DNA of 64,000 nucleotides. Origin: Candidatus Binatia bacterium (GTDB lineage Bacteria; Desulfobacterota; Binatia; UBA9968; JAJDTQ01). This document shows, in pieces, positions 18,312 to 33,780 of the stretch (positions are counted from its first letter, which is position 1; every line of letters starts with the position of its first letter). Location of the stretch: positions 3,520,001-3,584,000 of the forward strand of contig OY762897.2 in assembly GCA_963666515.2 (NCBI GenBank), given 5' to 3'. Both the position numbers and the translations under genes were made by a program. Below the pieces are notes generated by a model. That model did not search any database. It saw nothing but the letters and a program-made list of their open reading frames with translations, and was not told where the DNA came from.

Positions 18312-18387
18312 GAGCCTGTCCGGGTAGTCGAATTTTGGGGCGACCGCGGGTCGCCCCAGGCGCCGGTGCACGGCGGGAGGTATCCCA

Positions 18388-19464
18388 ATGACCACGAACA
18401 CGGAAGCCGAAGCATTCTACCGGGAAGTGGACGAGAAGCACTTGGTGCCGCTGTGGAACATCACCCAGGACGCCTTGCCGGCTGAGCCGCGGTCGCCGGT
18501 GAAGGCGCACCTGTGGCGTTGGGAGGACCTGCGCCGGCTGGCGCACCAAGCGGGTGACCTGGTGCCCATCGAGCGCGGCGGCGAGCGGCGCGTGCTGGGG
18601 CTGGTGAACCCGGGACTGGGCGGCAAGCACGCGGCCACTCGTACCCTGTGGGCCGCGGTGCAGATCGTCAAGCCGGGAGAGATCGCGCCGTGTCACCGGC
18701 ATTCGCCGTCGGCCATCCGCTTCATCATCGAGGGCGACCGCACCTACACCAACCTGAACGGCGACAAGTGCGTCATGGGCCGGGGCGACTTGGTGCTGAC
18801 GCCGAGCTGGGACTGGCACGACCACGGCTGTGAGTCGGACGAGCCCATGATCTGGATGGACGGGCTGGACCTGCCGCTGGTGGGGGATCTCGACGCGACC
18901 TTCTTCGAGATGTACCCGGACCACCGCTTCCCCATCACCGACGTGAACGAGTCGGAGCGGAAGTTCGGCGTGACGCACCTCCGCCCCACCTGGGAGAAAC
19001 CGCCGGAGAACCGCTCGCCGCTGCTGAACTTCAAGTGGGAGCCCACCTATGACGCCCTGCAACGCATCGGCGAGGGGCCGGCGAGCCCCCATGACGACGT
19101 CTGCTTCGAGTACCTGAACCCGAGCACCGGGGGGCCGGTGCTGCCCACCATGAGCTGCACCATCCAGATGGTGCGGCCCGGCGTCCGCACGCAGGCCCAC
19201 CGGCAGGTGCACAGCTCGGTCTACCTGGCCTTCAGTGGCAAGGGCTACTCGGTGGTCAACGGCGAGCGGTTCGACTGGGAGCAGGGCGACTTCTTCGTGG
19301 TGCCGCCCTGGGCTTGGCACGAGCACGCCAACGACACCGACGGCGAGTCCATCCTGTTCGCCATCCACGACACCCCGGTGATGAAGGCCCTTGGACTCTA
19401 CCGCGAGGAAAGCTATACAGAGGGAGACGGACACCAGGAGATCACGGCGACCTTCGAGGCATGA
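18388..19464 (+). CDS. Gentisate 1,2-dioxygenase-like bicupin
   Basis: ERRVLGLVNPGL, HRHSPSAIRF, WHDHG, WMDGLDLP, WAWHEH. Confidence 0.9.
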   Translation: MTTNTEAEAFYREVDEKHLVPLWNITQDALPAEPRSPVKAHLWRWEDLRRLAHQAGDLVPIERGGERRVLGLVNPGLGGKHAATRTLWAAVQIVKPGEIAPCHRHSPSAIRFIIEGDRTYTNLNGDKCVMGRGDLVLTPSWDWHDHGCESDEPMIWMDGLDLPLVGDLDATFFEMYPDHRFPITDVNESERKFGVTHLRPTWEKPPENRSPLLNFKWEPTYDALQRIGEGPASPHDDVCFEYLNPSTGGPVLPTMSCTIQMVRPGVRTQAHRQVHSSVYLAFSGKGYSVVNGERFDWEQGDFFVVPPWAWHEHANDTDGESILFAIHDTPVMKALGLYREESYTEGDGHQEITATFEA

Positions 19465-19505
19465 GCCTTCAGGGCGAACGCCCGCGAAACGCGGAAAGAC
19501 CGGAA

Positions 19506-19748
19506 ATGGCGAAGTACCTGCAATGCAGCGAGTGCGGCAAGCTGGCGTTCTACTACGACGGCTACGTCGGCACCGAGAAGCCCTTCTACCTCAAGAACAT
19601 GATCTACCCGGACGGCAGGCAGCCGGAAACGCCCCGCTGCATAAGCTGCAACGCCGTCCCCCGAATGCTCTTCGACTTCATCAAGGAAGACAAGGAGCCC
19701 CTCCCCACACCCCAGCCCACGCCGGAACCCGAATCGCCGTCCGAGTAG
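19506..19748 (+). CDS. Small hypothetical Zn-finger-like protein (80 aa)
   Basis: CSEC and CISC pairs, host-like codon usage, Pro-rich tail. Confidence 0.65.
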   Translation: MAKYLQCSECGKLAFYYDGYVGTEKPFYLKNMIYPDGRQPETPRCISCNAVPRMLFDFIKEDKEPLPTPQPTPEPESPSE

Positions 19749-19771
19749 GCGGCACGGGCCTGCTACGAAAA

Positions 19772-19883
19772 TTACCGTCCGGGAAATTCTGGCTGCCCAC
19801 AGGGCATTCGAGCCATCAAGTTCCCGATCGGTAAATTACAGTTGCACTTCCGTCGGGATTCGTTTAACATTCCCGATCGGTAA
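19772..19883. promoter_or_regulatory. Three HipB operator-like palindromes at exact 49-bp spacing around a sigma70-like promoter
   Basis: TTACCGTCCGGGAA 19772, TTCCCGATCGGTAA 19821 and 19870; TTGCAC 19842 / TAACAT 19865. Confidence 0.8.
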
Positions 19884-19888
19884 ATCTC

Positions 19889-20131
19889 ATGCCGACTCGA
19901 ACACTCACACCCGCAGAGGTCGGCGACGTCGTCCGCACTGCCCGCAAGGCTGCGGGTCTGCGACAGTATGAGCTTGCGGGCGCCGCCGGCGTCGGTCTGC
20001 GCTTCATCGTCGATCTCGAGGCCGGAAAGCCCACCGCGCAGATCGGCAAGGCGCTCCAGGTCCTGGAGGCGCTGGGGTGTACGTTCGACATCGTGCCGCC
20101 ACCCGTGGCAAAGGGAAGGGGATCCCCGTGA
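19889..20131 (+). CDS. hipB: HipB-family HTH antitoxin
   Basis: ARKAAGLRQYELAGAAGVGLRFIVDLEAGKPTAQIGK (Xre HTH). Confidence 0.92.
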   Translation: MPTRTLTPAEVGDVVRTARKAAGLRQYELAGAAGVGLRFIVDLEAGKPTAQIGKALQVLEALGCTFDIVPPPVAKGRGSP

Positions 20132-21387
20132 GCCCGTCCCTCGACGTCTGGTGGGACCGCCGGCTTGTCGGCCGGCTCACTCAAGATCGCCATGGCGAGC
20201 TTGGCTTCGTCTACGCCGCCGGCTGGCTTCAAAGTGAAGACGCGCCGGCTCTGTCGGCGTCGCTACCCAAGCGCGCCGAACCATATTCCCGCCGTGAATG
20301 CCGTCCGTTCTTCGGCGGCCTCTTGCCCGAAGAAGGCCAGCGGCAGGCCGTGGCTCAGGCGCTCGGCGTTTCCCGTGGCAACGATTTCGCCCTCCTCGAC
20401 AAGCTCGGCGGCGACGTCGCCGGCGCGTTGCAACTGCTGCCACCCGGCGAGTCGCCTGCGGCTCCCAATACCGGGCGGCCGCCGAAGTCACTCGACGAAG
20501 CTGGCCTCATCCGCGTGCTGGATTCTCTGCCGACGCGTCCGTTACTGGCCGGTGAAGATGGTATGCGGCTTTCCCTGGCCGGTTCCCAGTCGAAGGTCCC
20601 GGTGGTCCTGGTTGAAGGGAAGGTGGCGTTGCCCTCCTCGGGGCAACCCACAACCCACATCCTCAAGCCATCGATCGCGCGTTTTCCTGGAACCACCGAG
20701 AACGAAGGCTTTGTCATGCGTCTCGCAGCAGCGGCAGGGCTCGATGTCGCCCCAGTGGAACCCCGAGCGGTACGGGACCGCCGGTTTCTTCTGGTGGCGC
20801 GCTACGACCGGTCGGTTGACGCCGACGGCCGCGCGCACCGCATCCACCAGGAAGACTTCTGCCAAGCGCTGGGGATAAACCCGGAACGGAAATACGCATC
20901 CGAAGGAGGCCCAACCCTCAAGGATTGCTTCGCGCTGGTCCGCCGGGTGTCGTTACGGCCCGCTGTGGAAGTCCTGAAGCTGCTCGACGCCGTCATCTTT
21001 AATCTGATCGTGGGAAACGCCGACGCCCACGGCAAAAACTTTTCGATCCTGTACGACGAAGGCGGACCACGCCTTGCGCCATTCTACGACCTTCTGGCGA
21101 CGGCCGCCTATCCCGAACTTTCAACCCGGATGGCGATGAAGGTGGGCAAACGCTCGACCCTCGGCGAAATGGACGACAAAGGCTGGGCGGCGTTCGCAGC
21201 CAACACAACCCTCGGCCTGCCCCTGATTCGCCGCCGGATCATCGAGATCAGCGAAGCCGTCGAGTCCCATGCAGAGGAAGTCGCCAAGGAACTGATGCAT
21301 GCCGGACTCGATGAACCGCTTCTATCGAGGATCGCCGAGCTGGTTGTCGGCCGGGCAGGCCGTTGTCGGCTCACGGTTCGGGAATAA
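20128..21387 (+). CDS. hipA: HipA-family kinase toxin
   Basis: FFGGLLPE, SLAGSQSK, IHQEDFCQALG, GNADAHGKNFS, LAPFYD. Confidence 0.95.
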   Translation: MSPSLDVWWDRRLVGRLTQDRHGELGFVYAAGWLQSEDAPALSASLPKRAEPYSRRECRPFFGGLLPEEGQRQAVAQALGVSRGNDFALLDKLGGDVAGALQLLPPGESPAAPNTGRPPKSLDEAGLIRVLDSLPTRPLLAGEDGMRLSLAGSQSKVPVVLVEGKVALPSSGQPTTHILKPSIARFPGTTENEGFVMRLAAAAGLDVAPVEPRAVRDRRFLLVARYDRSVDADGRAHRIHQEDFCQALGINPERKYASEGGPTLKDCFALVRRVSLRPAVEVLKLLDAVIFNLIVGNADAHGKNFSILYDEGGPRLAPFYDLLATAAYPELSTRMAMKVGKRSTLGEMDDKGWAAFAANTTLGLPLIRRRIIEISEAVESHAEEVAKELMHAGLDEPLLSRIAELVVGRAGRCRLTVRE

Positions 21388-21432
21388 GGCCGGTGGCAAC
21401 GACTCCAACCATGCCTGTCCTGAAACCAACGT

Positions 21433-21891
21433 CTACGGCCCGCATTTCACCAGGGTGATCTGGCCGGTGTCGCGGTCGTAGGTGGCGACTCCGGTGCCGG
21501 AACCGCAGCCATCGACGACCGTGGCCTTCACGACGAAGGTGGTGGCGGTGCCGGTGGTAACCGACGGCGTCACGTTGGCGCTTTGCGCGTAGCCGTAGGT
21601 CGTCAGGTCCGTGGTCTTGGTCGTGTAGGTGTTGTTTTCCAGGAAATAGGCCTCCTGCGCGAGGGCCATGTTCTTGACGTTGGCCTGGGCGTCCGCGTCG
21701 AAGCCCTTGCGCCGGTAGGAGCCGAACTGCGGGATGGCCACCGCCGCCAGGATGCCGATGATGGCGATGACCACGAGCAGCTCGATCAGGGTAAACCCGC
21801 GCGGCCCCCGGCGGTTTCTCGGCCGTGCCTCCGCGGCGCGCTCTCCAATGGAGCCGTCCACGATGCCCTGCGTTGCGCCGACCTTTTTCAT
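21433..21891 (-). CDS. pilA: Type IV pilin
   Basis: G|FTLIELLVVIAIIGILAAVAIPQF prepilin motif; C-terminal Cys pair. Confidence 0.9.
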   Translation of the reverse strand: MKKVGATQGIVDGSIGERAAEARPRNRRGPRGFTLIELLVVIAIIGILAAVAIPQFGSYRRKGFDADAQANVKNMALAQEAYFLENNTYTTKTTDLTTYGYAQSANVTPSVTTGTATTFVVKATVVDGCGSGTGVATYDRDTGQITLVKCGP

Positions 21892-21900
21892 CCGTGACTC

Positions 21901-23121
21901 CTATGGCGCCATGCTGCCGATCTGAAAGATCGGCAGGTACATGGAGATGACGATGCCTCCGATCACCACTCCCAGGACGATCATCAGCACCGGCTCCATC
22001 AGCGTGGTCAGCCGCACCACCGCGCGGTCCACCTCCTCCTCGTAGAACGCCGCTACCCGGTTGAGCATGGCATCGAGGGCGCCGACGCTTTCCCCCACGG
22101 CCACCATGTGGCAGACCATCGCCGGGAACAGGCCGCTGGCCGTGAGCAGCTCCGCCAGCGTCACCCCCCGCTGCAGGCCGTCCCGGGCCTCCAGGATCGC
22201 CTGCTCCAGGACCTTGTTGCCGGTGGTCCCCGCGGTGACGGTCAGGCTGTCCAGCAGCACCACGCCGGACTGGAGCAGCAGCCCGGTGTTCTGGCTGAAA
22301 CGGGCGATGGCCGACTTGCGCAGCAGGTCCCCGACGAGCGGAACCCGCAGCAGCCATCGATGCACCGAACGCAGACCCCGGTCCGTGCGGCAAGCCAGGT
22401 GAATCGCCGCGGGAACCGCCGAAAGGACCAGGACGAGAATCAGGAAGTAGTCATACAACCAGCGGCTCAGCGCGATGGTGATCTCCGTCAACGGGGGCAG
22501 GACCTGCCCCATGCCCCGGTAGACTTCGGCGAACACGGGAATCACGTGAAGGAGCAGCACGGACACCACCACCGTCGCCACGATGACGATGGCCGCGGGG
22601 TACAGCATGGCGGTCTTGACCTTCCGTTTGAGCCGGGCGGAACGCTCGATGAAGACCGCCAGCCGGGCGAGGACCTCGGCGAGGACGCCGCCGTGCTCGC
22701 CGGCGGCCACCATGCGGACGAACAGGTCGTCGAACAGCCTGGGGTGCCTGGACATGGCCGCGGTCAGGGTCATGCCGTTGGACACGTCGGACCGCACCGC
22801 CTGAAGCGCCTTGCGGACCACGCCGTTGCCGGTCTGGTCGGCGAGCACCCGCAGGCATTCGACGATGGGCACGCCGGCTTCGATCATGACGCCGAAGTTC
22901 CGCGTCAGCATGACGACGTCGTCGGCGCCGACCCTGGGCGCGAGTCCCGGGAGGGTGATCTCCCGCCGGAGTCCCGGCCCTTTCTCCCGGATGGCGGAGC
23001 GGAGCGGCCGTATCCGGCGCCGGCGAAGCTCGGCCGCGACCGCGGCCGGGTCCGCCGCCTCCATCTCCCCCCGCAGGAGCCGGCCCTCGCGGTTCCTTCC
23101 CTTCCAACGGTAGAGCGCCAT
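21901..23121 (-). CDS. pilC: Type IV pilus platform protein PilC (T2SSF family)
   Basis: AGEHGGVL, AMLYP, VGESVGALD, LMEPV, MYLPIF. Confidence 0.93.
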   Translation of the reverse strand: MALYRWKGRNREGRLLRGEMEAADPAAVAAELRRRRIRPLRSAIREKGPGLRREITLPGLAPRVGADDVVMLTRNFGVMIEAGVPIVECLRVLADQTGNGVVRKALQAVRSDVSNGMTLTAAMSRHPRLFDDLFVRMVAAGEHGGVLAEVLARLAVFIERSARLKRKVKTAMLYPAAIVIVATVVVSVLLLHVIPVFAEVYRGMGQVLPPLTEITIALSRWLYDYFLILVLVLSAVPAAIHLACRTDRGLRSVHRWLLRVPLVGDLLRKSAIARFSQNTGLLLQSGVVLLDSLTVTAGTTGNKVLEQAILEARDGLQRGVTLAELLTASGLFPAMVCHMVAVGESVGALDAMLNRVAAFYEEEVDRAVVRLTTLMEPVLMIVLGVVIGGIVISMYLPIFQIGSMAP

Positions 23122-23133
23122 GGGCTCACTCCT

Positions 23134-24768
23134 TCATCCGCGGCTGCGGGCGCCCTCGGGGTCCGGCTCCGTCACCCGCAGCGCCTCCTCGACGGTGGTG
23201 ACCCCCTGCCGGACCTTGCGGACCGCCGCCTGGCGCAGGGTGCGCATGCCCTTCTCCATGGCCGCGGCCTTGAGATCGGCCGCGGAACCGCCGCGCAGGA
23301 TCATCCTCCGCAGATCGTCGGTCAGGGTCATGACCTCGTAGACGGCCACGCGCCCGCGGTAACCCGTGTGTTGGCATTCCGGACAGCCGGCGCCGCGAAA
23401 GTTTTCGACGTCGCGCACCTCCTCCACCCGGCGCCCCGCCGCCGCGGGTTGCAGCGCCGCCCGCGCCTTGCACGCCTCGCACACCCGGCGCAGCAGCCGC
23501 TGGGCCGCCACCATGGTGACGGCCGACACGATCAGGTAGGGCTCCACGCCCATGTCGAGCAGGCGGTGGACGCTGGAAGGAGCGTCGTTGGTATGGAGGG
23601 TGGTCAGCACCAGGTGGCCGGTCAGCGCGGCGTTGACGGCGATGCGGGCGGTTTCGGCGTCCCGTATCTCCCCCACCATGATGATGTCGGGGTCCTGGCG
23701 CAGGAACGCCCTCAGGCAGGCGGCGAACGTCAGGCCGATCTCCCCGTGGGTCTGCACCTGGTTGATGCCGGCGAGATGGTACTCCACCGGGTCTTCCGCG
23801 GTGGAGATGTTCACTCCCGGCTGGTTCAGCTCCGACAACATGCCGTAGAGGGTGGTGGACTTGCCGCTGCCGGTGGGGCCGGTGAGCAGGATCATGCCGG
23901 CGGGCTTGCTCATGGCCTCGGTGAAACGTTGCCGGTCGCCGCCTTCCAGGCCCAGCCGGTCGAGGCCGGTCACCAAGTCGGACCGCTGCAGCAGGCGCAG
24001 CACCGCCTTCTCCCCGAAACGCGTCGGCAATACGGAAACCCGCACGTCCACCTCGCCGCCGGCGGCGTCCAGCCTCAGCCGGCCGTCCTGGGGCAGGCGG
24101 TGCTCGGCGATGTCGAGGCCGGCCATCACCTTGATGCGGGAGGTCAGGGCCAGCCTCATCTCGTCGGGCGGCGTCATCACCTCCTGGAGGATGCCGTCGA
24201 TCCTGAAGCGCACGCGGACGCTCTCGTCATACGGCTCGACGTGGATGTCGCTGGCCCCGCGCGCCACCGCGTCCTGCATCAGCGAATCCACCAGCGCCAC
24301 CACCGGCGCCTCCTCGGCCTCCTTTCGCGAAACCGCCCGGCCGGCGGAGTCGAGACGGCGGTCGAGAATCTGCTGGATGACGGACGGGCGCACCAGCACC
24401 GCCCTTACGTGGCAACCCGTCAGGAACCGGATCTCGTTCACGGCCGCGAGGTCGGCGGGGTCGCTCATGGCCACGTCGAGCGCCGAGTCCGCGCGGGACA
24501 GGGGGACCACGTGGTGTTTCCGCATGAGGGACGCCGGCAACAGCGCGAGCGCGGCGTCGTCCGGCTCGGCCTCGTCCGGCTTGGTCTCCTGGAGGCCGAA
24601 CCGCCCGGCCACGAAATCCATGAGGCGGTTCTCGTCCACGGCCCCGTCCCGGACCAGCGCCGCCAGCGGGTTCACGCCGGTCCGGCGCTGCATCGCCGCG
24701 GCGCTCTCCCGCTCCTCGCGCGTGACGACGCCCGCGCGCACCATCAAGTCTCCCAGGGACCACTCCAT
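23134..24768 (-). CDS. pilB: Type IV pilus assembly ATPase PilB
   Basis: ASDIHVEP, RLPQDGR, GPTGSGKSTT, AEDPVEY, LRQDPDIIMVGEIRD, tetra-Cys motif. Confidence 0.93.
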   Translation of the reverse strand: MEWSLGDLMVRAGVVTREERESAAAMQRRTGVNPLAALVRDGAVDENRLMDFVAGRFGLQETKPDEAEPDDAALALLPASLMRKHHVVPLSRADSALDVAMSDPADLAAVNEIRFLTGCHVRAVLVRPSVIQQILDRRLDSAGRAVSRKEAEEAPVVALVDSLMQDAVARGASDIHVEPYDESVRVRFRIDGILQEVMTPPDEMRLALTSRIKVMAGLDIAEHRLPQDGRLRLDAAGGEVDVRVSVLPTRFGEKAVLRLLQRSDLVTGLDRLGLEGGDRQRFTEAMSKPAGMILLTGPTGSGKSTTLYGMLSELNQPGVNISTAEDPVEYHLAGINQVQTHGEIGLTFAACLRAFLRQDPDIIMVGEIRDAETARIAVNAALTGHLVLTTLHTNDAPSSVHRLLDMGVEPYLIVSAVTMVAAQRLLRRVCEACKARAALQPAAAGRRVEEVRDVENFRGAGCPECQHTGYRGRVAVYEVMTLTDDLRRMILRGGSAADLKAAAMEKGMRTLRQAAVRKVRQGVTTVEEALRVTEPDPEGARSRG

Positions 24769-24865
24769 AGGCTTGCTCCGACGCGAATTCCCCTGAAATG
24801 GTTAATCGGCGTCTGCGCGCAAACCTATAGCGGAAATCTGTAGGGGACGGTCGTGGGGATCGAAC

Positions 24866-27579
<2,714 letters not shown>

Positions 27580-27580
<1 letters not shown>

Positions 27581-28902
27581 CAACGGTCCCTCGTGCGCGG
27601 GTCGATGCGGCGGCGGATTTCCTCCACCAGCCGGTCCACCGGAATCCTCACCTGGGTCATGGCGTCGCGGTCGCGCAGGGTCACGGTCTGGTCCGTCATG
27701 GTCTCGTGGTCCACGGTGACGCCGAAGGGGGTGCCGATCTCGTCCTGACGCCGGTAGCGCCGGCCGATGGAGCCGGCCTGGTCGTAGACCACGGGGAAGT
27801 GCTCCTTCAGGATGTCGCGGATCTCCTGGGCCCGTTCCGGCTGTCCGTCCTTCCTGAGCAGCGGGTAGACGCCGGCCTTGAACGGCGCCAGGCGCGGGTC
27901 GAGCCGCAGCACGGCCCGGCGCTCGCCCGCCACCTCCTCCTCGTCGTAGGCGTCCACCAGGAACGCCAGCAGCGGCCGGTCCACGCCCGCGGAGGGCTCG
28001 ATGACGTAGGGGACGTAGCGGCTGCGGGTGACCTCGTCGAAGTACGTCATGTCCTTGCCGCTGTACTCCATGTGCTGCTTCAGGTCGAAGTCGCTGCGGT
28101 TGGCGATGCCTTCCAGCTCCGACCAGCCGAAGGGGAACTCGTACTCCACGTCCACGCAGGCCTTGGCGTAGTGGGCCAGCTCGTCGCTGCCGTGGGGGCG
28201 GAGGCGCAGGTTTTCGGCGCGGATGCCGTTGTCCACGTACCACTGCATGCGCGCATCCTGCCAGGACTGGAACGCCTCTTCGTCCTCGCCCGGCTTGACG
28301 AAGTACTCGATCTCCATCTGCTCGAACTCGCGGGTGCGGAAGATGAAGTTGCCCGGGGTGATCTCGTTGCGGAAGCTCTTGCCGATCTGGGCGATGCCGA
28401 AGGGGATCTTCTGGCGCGCGGTGTCGAGGACGTTGGTGAAGTTGACGAAGATGCCCTGGGCGGTCTCGGGCCGCAGGAACACCGTGCTGGCGGTGTCCTC
28501 CACCGGCCCCATGAAGGTCTTGAACATGAGGTTGAACTGCCGCGCCCCGGTGACCTCGCCGCCGCAGTCCGGGCACTTGCCCGCTTCCTCCAGGAAATCC
28601 TCGCGGAAACGGTGGTGGCACACCTTGCACTCCACCAGCGGGTCGGAAAAGCCGGCCACGTGGCCCGACGCCTCCCACACCCGCGGGTGCATCAGGATCG
28701 AGGCGTCCAGGCCCACGGTGTCGTTGCGTCCGGTCACCACCGCCTTCCACCACGCCTCCTTGACGTTGCGCTTCAGCTCCACGCCCACGGGCCCGTAGTC
28801 CCAGGTGCTGCCGATCCCTCCGTAAATCTCGCTGGACGGAAAGATGAACCCTCTCCGCTTGCAGAGGTTGACGACCTTCTCCATCGTCGCGTGTTGGTTC
28901 AT
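27580..28902 (-). CDS. glyQS: Glycine--tRNA ligase (alpha2 type)
   Basis: [54 protein letters not shown]. Confidence 0.97.
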
Positions 28903-28961
28903 GGGTGCTGTGGTTCTCCTGTCTGTCGGAATACGCGTCCTTCGACTACTCGGCCGGATTC

Positions 28962-29735
28962 TTAGCGGAACGAACCGTCCAGGAACGCTACGGACTTGAG
29001 CTTCTTACTAATCTGGTACTGGATAAACAAGGGCAGGATGTCGCGGGCCTCCCTGAGGGCCGGCCCGGAGAAGGCCGGCGTCTCCCCGTCCACCCAGCCG
29101 CGCCGCTGAAAGTAGACCAGGACGCCCAGCCCCTCGGACGAAAGGGGCACCGCCTCCTTGCGAAAGCCGTAACAGTTCCGGCACAGCACGCCGCCGTCCC
29201 GCGGACTGAACCCCCAACGGCCGTTGCCGTTCGCGTGACCGGACGCGGGCGTGGCCCCGCAACGCTGGCAGTGCTCCAGGGTGGGCTGAAACCCGGCCAG
29301 CCGCAACAGCGTCAACTCGAACGCCGTGAGGAACTCCGTCGAGGCCTCGTTCCTTTCCAGGAACCGCAACCCGTCAAGCAGGTGGTCGAACAGCGACAGG
29401 CTGTCGTCGCCGTCCCGCGTCAGCTCATCGGTGATCTCAACGAGGTAGGAGGCATGCGCGATCTTGGCCAGGGTCCGGGTGATTTCCCGGAACACGTACA
29501 CCCAGTCGCAGGCGTGGACGAAGGCCAGCGCGCTGTTGGAACGCTGATGGAAACGCAACTGGACGAGCGTGAAAGGCTCCAGGACGTTCAGGAACCGCTT
29601 GCGGGAGCGCTTGGCCCCCTTGGCGATGCCCCTGATCTTGCCGAAATCCCGCGTCAGAAAAGAGACGATCTTGTCCGATTCGCCGTAGGCCCAGGATCGC
29701 AGCACGATGGCCGGGCTCGACCGTATCGCCGGCAC
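28962..29735 (-). CDS. recO: DNA repair protein RecO
   Basis: [21 protein letters not shown], CxxC...CxxC Zn finger. Confidence 0.93.
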   Translation of the reverse strand: MPAIRSSPAIVLRSWAYGESDKIVSFLTRDFGKIRGIAKGAKRSRKRFLNVLEPFTLVQLRFHQRSNSALAFVHACDWVYVFREITRTLAKIAHASYLVEITDELTRDGDDSLSLFDHLLDGLRFLERNEASTEFLTAFELTLLRLAGFQPTLEHCQRCGATPASGHANGNGRWGFSPRDGGVLCRNCYGFRKEAVPLSSEGLGVLVYFQRRGWVDGETPAFSGPALREARDILPLFIQYQISKKLKSVAFLDGSFR

Positions 29736-29904
29736 TCAGTACCCCCCGACATGAACGGCGTCCCCCCGGCCTGATGATCTCCCGCCCGGTCCCGCCGCGC
29801 AATCGCCGATATCCGTAACGTATACACCAAGGAGCCGCAAAAGTCGCGAGGAAACGTCGATTCCCGCACAACTTGCCGTTGTGCACCCGTCTGTTCCGGC
29901 TACC

Positions 29905-29933
29905 TTGACAAGGTGCCGGACGGTGATTAACTT
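29905..29933 (+). promoter_or_regulatory. Putative sigma70 promoter of the grpE-dnaK operon
   Basis: TTGACA-N17-TAACTT. Confidence 0.5.
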
Positions 29934-30007
29934 CTGTCGGCCATTGCCGGGCGGGGGGCTGTTTTTCGCCCGCGACCACGGAAAGGACTCCGGAGACAGA
30001 CAGCATC

Positions 30008-30649
30008 ATGGGCGAAGAGAGCAGAGATCAGGCCGAAGCGGCAGCGGAAAGCGAAGAAACGGCCACCCCGGCCGACGCCGACCCTGCCGCCGGAGAAGCC
30101 GAGGAGCCCTCGGAGATCGAGCGGCTTGCGGCGGAGCTGGAGGCCGCGCGGGAGGAGGCGCGGCGCAACCACGACCTCTACCTGCGCGAGGCGGCCGAGA
30201 CCGAGAACTACAAGAAGCGCGTAACCCGCGAGAAACAGGACGCTATCCGGTACGCCAACGAGTCGCTGGTGCGGGATCTGCTGCCGGTGATCGACGACCT
30301 GGAGCGGGCGGCCCAGCACGCGCCGGCGGACGGCAACCCGCAGCCGTTGCTGGACGGCATCGGGCTGGTGCTCAAGGGGTGCCTGGAGGCGCTCCAGAAG
30401 CACGGGGTCACGCAGGTCACGGCCAAGGGACATCCCTTCGACCCGGAGAAGCACGAGGCGTTCGCCCAGGTGGAGACCGGCGAGCACGAGCCCAACACGG
30501 TGGTGGACGAGGTCCACCGGGGCTACTACCTGGCCGACCGGCTGCTGCGGCCGTCCCTGGTGAGCGTGGCTAAGGCCCCGACTTTACAGGAAAAAGACGG
30601 TCAGGAAAAAGATGGAACCGCGGTTGAAAACGACCGGGCCGATGATTAG
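30008..30649 (+). CDS. grpE: Nucleotide exchange factor GrpE
   Basis: AETENYKKR, LLPVIDDLERA, FDPEKHEA, RLLRPSLVSV. Confidence 0.96.
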   Translation: MGEESRDQAEAAAESEETATPADADPAAGEAEEPSEIERLAAELEAAREEARRNHDLYLREAAETENYKKRVTREKQDAIRYANESLVRDLLPVIDDLERAAQHAPADGNPQPLLDGIGLVLKGCLEALQKHGVTQVTAKGHPFDPEKHEAFAQVETGEHEPNTVVDEVHRGYYLADRLLRPSLVSVAKAPTLQEKDGQEKDGTAVENDRADD

Positions 30650-30691
30650 ATTCACACCGGGACCGCAGTTGAAGGACAAGGAGACGTAGAG

Positions 30692-32638
<1,947 letters not shown>

Positions 32639-32656
32639 GGGCGGCGGGACTGGACT

Positions 32657-33772
32657 TTGGACAAACGGGACTACTATGAAATCCTCGGCCTGAGCCGCAA
32701 CGCCGGCGAGGACGAGATCAAGAAGGCGTACCGCAAGCTCGCCCTCCAGTACCATCCCGACCGGAACCCGGGCGACAAGCAGGCGGAGGAGAAGTTCAAG
32801 GAGCTGTCCGAAGCCTACCAGGTGCTCTCCGATCCGGAGAAGCGGACCCGGTACGACCAGTTCGGCCATGCCGCGTTCGGCGAAAGCGGACCGTTCGCCG
32901 GCGGCTTCGACTTCTCCCAGGGCTTCGAGGACATCTTCGGCGACATCTTCGGCGAGTTCTTCGGCGGGGGGGCAAGGGGCCGGGCGCGTTCGCGAGCCCA
33001 ACGGGGCGACGACCTGCGCTACAACCTGGAGATCAGCTTCGAGAACGCCGCCTTCGGCACCGAGCAGAAAATCAAGATCCCGCGCCACGGACCCTGCGAC
33101 GAGTGCGAGGGCACGGGCGCCGAGAAGGGCACCTCGCCGCAGACCTGCCCCGGCTGCAGGGGCACGGGGCAGATGGCCTTCCAGCAGGGGTTCTTCACCG
33201 TGTCCCGGACCTGCAGCCAGTGCGGCGGCCAGGGGCGGGTGATCGCCCACCCGTGCGCCACGTGCGGCGGCGCCGGTCTCACGCGCAAGTTCCACACCAT
33301 CAACGTCAAGATCCCGGCAGGGGTGGACACGGGCTCGCGGCTCAAGCTGCGCGGCGAGGGGGAGAACGGCGCCCGCGGCGGCCCGCCCGGCGACCTGTAC
33401 GTGGTCATCATCGTCCAGGACCACCCCATCTTCGCCCGCGAAGGGACCGACGTCATCTGCGAGATGCCCATCAGCTTCGTCAACGCCGCCCTCGGGGCCG
33501 AGATCGAGGTGCCCACCCTGGAGGGCAAGGTCAAGATGAAGGTCCCTTCCGGCACCCAGTCGCACGCGGTCTTCCGCCTCAAGGGCAAGGGCATCCGGGA
33601 CGTGCATGGGGGCCGCCGGGGCGACGAGCACGTGCGCGTCCTGGTGGAGACCCCGACCCGGTTGAGCGCGCGCCAGAAGGAGCTGCTCAAGGATTTTGCC
33701 GAGGAGGGCGGGGAGGAAGCCCATCCTATTGCCAAAGGGTTCTTCGAGAAGGTAAAGGAACTGTTCGACTGA
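32657..33772 (+). CDS. dnaJ: Chaperone DnaJ
   Basis: J domain HPD, four CxxCxGxG repeats; TTG start. Confidence 0.98.
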   Translation: MDKRDYYEILGLSRNAGEDEIKKAYRKLALQYHPDRNPGDKQAEEKFKELSEAYQVLSDPEKRTRYDQFGHAAFGESGPFAGGFDFSQGFEDIFGDIFGEFFGGGARGRARSRAQRGDDLRYNLEISFENAAFGTEQKIKIPRHGPCDECEGTGAEKGTSPQTCPGCRGTGQMAFQQGFFTVSRTCSQCGGQGRVIAHPCATCGGAGLTRKFHTINVKIPAGVDTGSRLKLRGEGENGARGGPPGDLYVVIIVQDHPIFAREGTDVICEMPISFVNAALGAEIEVPTLEGKVKMKVPSGTQSHAVFRLKGKGIRDVHGGRRGDEHVRVLVETPTRLSARQKELLKDFAEEGGEEAHPIAKGFFEKVKELFD

Positions 33773-33780
33773 GGGCAACC

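Noticed and set aside
29780-30007. CIRCE element upstream of grpE-dnaK
   Set aside because: No TTAGCACTC-N9-GAGTGCTAA match seen, and no hrcA in the window.
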